From positions 1-28,228 of IMG/VR virus record IMGVR_UViG_3300025875_000768: a stretch of DNA of 28,228 bases. One strand, written 5' to 3'. The notes under the pieces were generated by a model, which was given only the letters and a program-made list of their open reading frames with translations, was not told where the DNA came from and searched no databases. The stretch's first letter is position 1; the number at the start of each line of letters is the position of its first letter. The translations under genes and the position numbers were made by a program. This document shows positions 26,168 to 28,228 of this stretch, piece by piece. This DNA is from a virus (taxonomy: Duplodnaviria; Caudoviricetes).

Positions 26168-26395
26168 TCAGGTGGGGCCCATCCCCCGCTCCATCGGCAG
26201 CACCGACATATCCCCGGCCAGCAACAGTCGCGCGCGGGCCCTGAACACCTCACGGACCTCGGGTGCCTCGCGCTCCCATGGACCCTGCCTGACGCGTCCG
26301 GCGAACTCAGGCACGTCCGACCAAGGCGTTCGCGCGTAGAGCTCGGCGGCGAACCGTTCGGTGATCGGGTGTGCGGCGTCGGGTGGGTGTTTCAC
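26168..26395 (-). CDS. 75-aa hypothetical protein, probably SOS regulated
   Basis: GTG 26395 in ORF 26168..26593 frame, LexA box immediately upstream. Confidence 0.5.
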   Translation of the reverse strand: MKHPPDAAHPITERFAAELYARTPWSDVPEFAGRVRQGPWEREAPEVREVFRARARLLLAGDMSVLPMERGMGPT

Positions 26396-26402
26396 GGCTC
26401 GC

Positions 26403-26417
26403 GTTCTGCGCTTGTTC
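26403..26417. promoter_or_regulatory. Alphaproteobacterial LexA (SOS) box
   Basis: GTTC-TGCGCTT-GTTC. Confidence 0.7.
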
Positions 26418-26497
26418 TGTGGGGGCGCGCAACCCACCAAACTTTCCGATCCAGCCGGCGGATCCAACAGCGAGGCCCGAAAACTATTCTGCTCGCG

Positions 26498-26596
26498 TGG
26501 GGGTATCCTTGGGGGTATCCGCGAAGTTCCAGCAAAGTGATGTGGCGGTTTTCTGCCGTTTTTACTCGCCAGTCTGTTAGGTGCCGGGCCCAACCA
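26498..26596 (+). repeat. attR-like site: tandem TGGGGGTATCC arm repeats plus degenerate tRNA-3'-like core
   Basis: TGGGGGTATCC at 26498-26508 and 26510-26520; TGCCGGGCCCAACCA ending 26596. Confidence 0.65.
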
Positions 26597-26676
26597 TCTG
26601 ACCGTTCAACAGCGTGCAGGAGCCGTCAGCGAGGCGGGGTAGGGGGCCTTACCAGAACGGAGATGAGCCCAGATGC

Positions 26677-26775
26677 GGGTACCGGCCGGGGTATCGCGTC
26701 GCTAACGACCTGCCGAAACCAACGGAAAATCGCGCCTCCCGCGCGACCATGGCGGAGGACTCCTCCGCCATGGTC
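26677..26775 (+). repeat. att-like site copy E (perfect palindrome) upstream of the tyrosine integrase
   Basis: GGGTA at 26677 and 26689; GACCATGGCGGAG-GACTC-CTCCGCCATGGTC at 26745-26775. Confidence 0.88.
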
Positions 26776-26784
26776 CACAGTAAA

Positions 26785-26992
26785 TTATGTGCCGGTCAGC
26801 GCAGCGTCAATCATCCGCGTCCATTGCTGGCGGGTACATTGCCCGGCCGCCAGCATCGCCGCCGTAGGCTGTCGCATGGCTGCGATGACGACCTTCGCGT
26901 CCTCCGCATACATGCGCCAGGTCGTAGGCACCCCCGTTGTCGCCGCTCGCCATCGCCTCCGCGACCCGCTCGACCATCGTTTTCCCGGCCAT
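26785..26992 (-). pseudogene. Small phage protein frameshifted in a G5 tract (26931-26935)
   Basis: MAGKTMVERVAEAMASGDNG joins VPTTWRMYAEDAKVVIAAMRQPTAAM..W..MIDAAL if one G is removed; GGAGG SD. Confidence 0.6.
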
Positions 26993-27016
26993 CCCGTCCT
27001 CCCAGGGGAGCAGTCT

Positions 27017-28228
27017 ATGCTGACCAACGCCGCGGTGAAAGCCGCGCGGCCGCGCGCGGCCGCCTACAAGCTGGCCGACGAGCGCGGCCTGCACCTGTTC
27101 GTCGCGCCCAACGGGCGCCGCTCATTCCGCTGGCGCTTCCGCTGGGCGGGGAAGGAGCAGCTGCTGACGATCGGCGAGTGGCCGGCCGTCTCGCTCGACC
27201 AGGCGCGCGATCGCGCCGAGCTCGCGCGCGAGCAGCTCGGCCGCGGCGAGGATCCGCGAACCATCGGAGCTCGAGGTCCGGAGGTCCGGAGGTTCGATGA
27301 TATCGCCCGGCGCTGGCACGCCCACATGCGGCCGCGCTGGACGGAGGTGCATGCCAGCGACGTCCTCGCGAGCCTCGAGCGCGACGTGTTCCCCGCGATC
27401 GGCGCGATGCCGCTGGCCGCCATCACCGCGCCGGTGGTGCTGAACGCGCTGCGCGGTGTCGAGGAGCGCGGCCGCCTGGAGACGGCGCGCCGCGTCCGGC
27501 AGCGGATCTCGGCCGTGTTCGTGTTCGCGATGTCCGAGGACCTGGTCGACAGCGACCCGGCCGCGCGCGTCGGGCGCATGCTCACACCGCCGGCCCCGGC
27601 CCGCCACCAGCCGGCGCTGCTCGACATCGCCGACGCGCGCGAGCTGCTCGCCGCGGTCGACCAGCTGGCGGCCGCGCCGGCGATCAAGCTGGCCTCGCGA
27701 TTCCTGGCGCTGACCGCCGTTCGCCTCGCCGCGGTGCGCGGCGCGCGGTGGTCCGAGATCGAGGACTTGGACGGCGCGGCGCCGTTGTGGCGCGTGCCGG
27801 CGGCGCGCATGAAGCTGGCGGCGGCGAAGAAGGGCGACGCGAAGAACGATCACTTGGTGCCGCTCGCGCCGGCGGCGGTGGAGATACTGCACGCTGCCCG
27901 GAGCCTGCGTCACGAAGGTGGACTAGTTTTCCCGGGCAGGAGCGGGACTAGTCCACTCGGTGAGGCGGCGATCGGCGCGCTGTACGATCGCGCGGGCTTC
28001 GCCGGCCGGCACGTGCCGCACGGCTGGCGCGCGACGTTCGCGACGATCATGAACGAGGCATGCGGTGGCGCCGACCACGCGCTGATCGATCAGGCGCTGG
28101 CGCACACGCCGAAGAACAAGGTGGAGGCGGCCTACAACCGGGCGGCGCTGCTCGATCGACGTCGTGCGCTGTTCGTTGCTTGGGCGGAGCAGCTGACCGG
28201 AGAGCGCGCGTCGACGCCGTTTGGCTAG
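27017..28228 (+). CDS. P4-like tyrosine integrase with N-terminal arm-binding domain
   Basis: MLTNAAVKAARP..YKLADERGLHL..LTIG.WP..SL..AR; TAVR, RMK, HGWR, LAH, AAYNR catalytic residues; GGGGAG SD before ATG 27017. Confidence 0.95.
   Translation: MLTNAAVKAARPRAAAYKLADERGLHLFVAPNGRRSFRWRFRWAGKEQLLTIGEWPAVSLDQARDRAELAREQLGRGEDPRTIGARGPEVRRFDDIARRWHAHMRPRWTEVHASDVLASLERDVFPAIGAMPLAAITAPVVLNALRGVEERGRLETARRVRQRISAVFVFAMSEDLVDSDPAARVGRMLTPPAPARHQPALLDIADARELLAAVDQLAAAPAIKLASRFLALTAVRLAAVRGARWSEIEDLDGAAPLWRVPAARMKLAAAKKGDAKNDHLVPLAPAAVEILHAARSLRHEGGLVFPGRSGTSPLGEAAIGALYDRAGFAGRHVPHGWRATFATIMNEACGGADHALIDQALAHTPKNKVEAAYNRAALLDRRRALFVAWAEQLTGERASTPFG

Larger units (their letters stand above)
1..28228. 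mobile_element. Defective temperate prophage (internal deletions, several pseudogenes); right boundary not visible
   Basis: tRNA-adjacent recombinase, CI/Cro switch, tail genes, holin/endolysin, second integrase; no head or packaging genes. Confidence 0.88.

Noticed and set aside
25961-27016. 755-aa ORF suggesting a long N-terminal extension of the tyrosine integrase
   Set aside because: The upstream part is R/P/S-rich text crossing another gene end, att-like sites and antisense genes; the real start is ATG 27017 with SD and a canonical MLTN.. N-terminus.

Overview
High-GC alphaproteobacterial (Sphingomonas-like, judged from GTTC-N7-GTTC LexA boxes, a GapR homologue and gene content) decaying prophage next to the 3' half of a tRNA(CAU) gene at 1-44. 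Left arm (minus strand): large serine recombinase whose last codons are the antisense of the tRNA, early genes (HerA/DUF87-type remnant, truncated ParB-like protein, frameshifted GapR), and a CII-like/Cro/CI switch with four CACCA-N3-TGGTG-type operators. Middle: HIRAN gene, a LuxR-TM/small protein/membrane protein/wHTH module and a run of single accessory genes. Right arm: LexA-like and Q-position regulators joined by an apparent large deletion (no terminase, portal, capsid or tape measure) to tail genes, then a lysis cassette, a head-spike/esterase/acyltransferase/glycanase module and an intact P4-like tyrosine integrase. The most notable unannotated signal is a repeated site, GGGTA arm motif(s) about 55 bp upstream of a 31-bp GACCATGGCGGAG-N5-CTCCGCCATGGTC palindrome. 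It separates the single accessory genes at 11.2-14.0 kb and recurs as a perfect copy just upstream of the tyrosine integrase, which suggests an integron-like gene-cassette system. A second candidate is a Trp-Asp (WxDxxxWxDxxxWxD) motif shared by a 48-aa head-spike adaptor ORF and a tail protein. All family calls come from motif recognition by eye, not from database searches.
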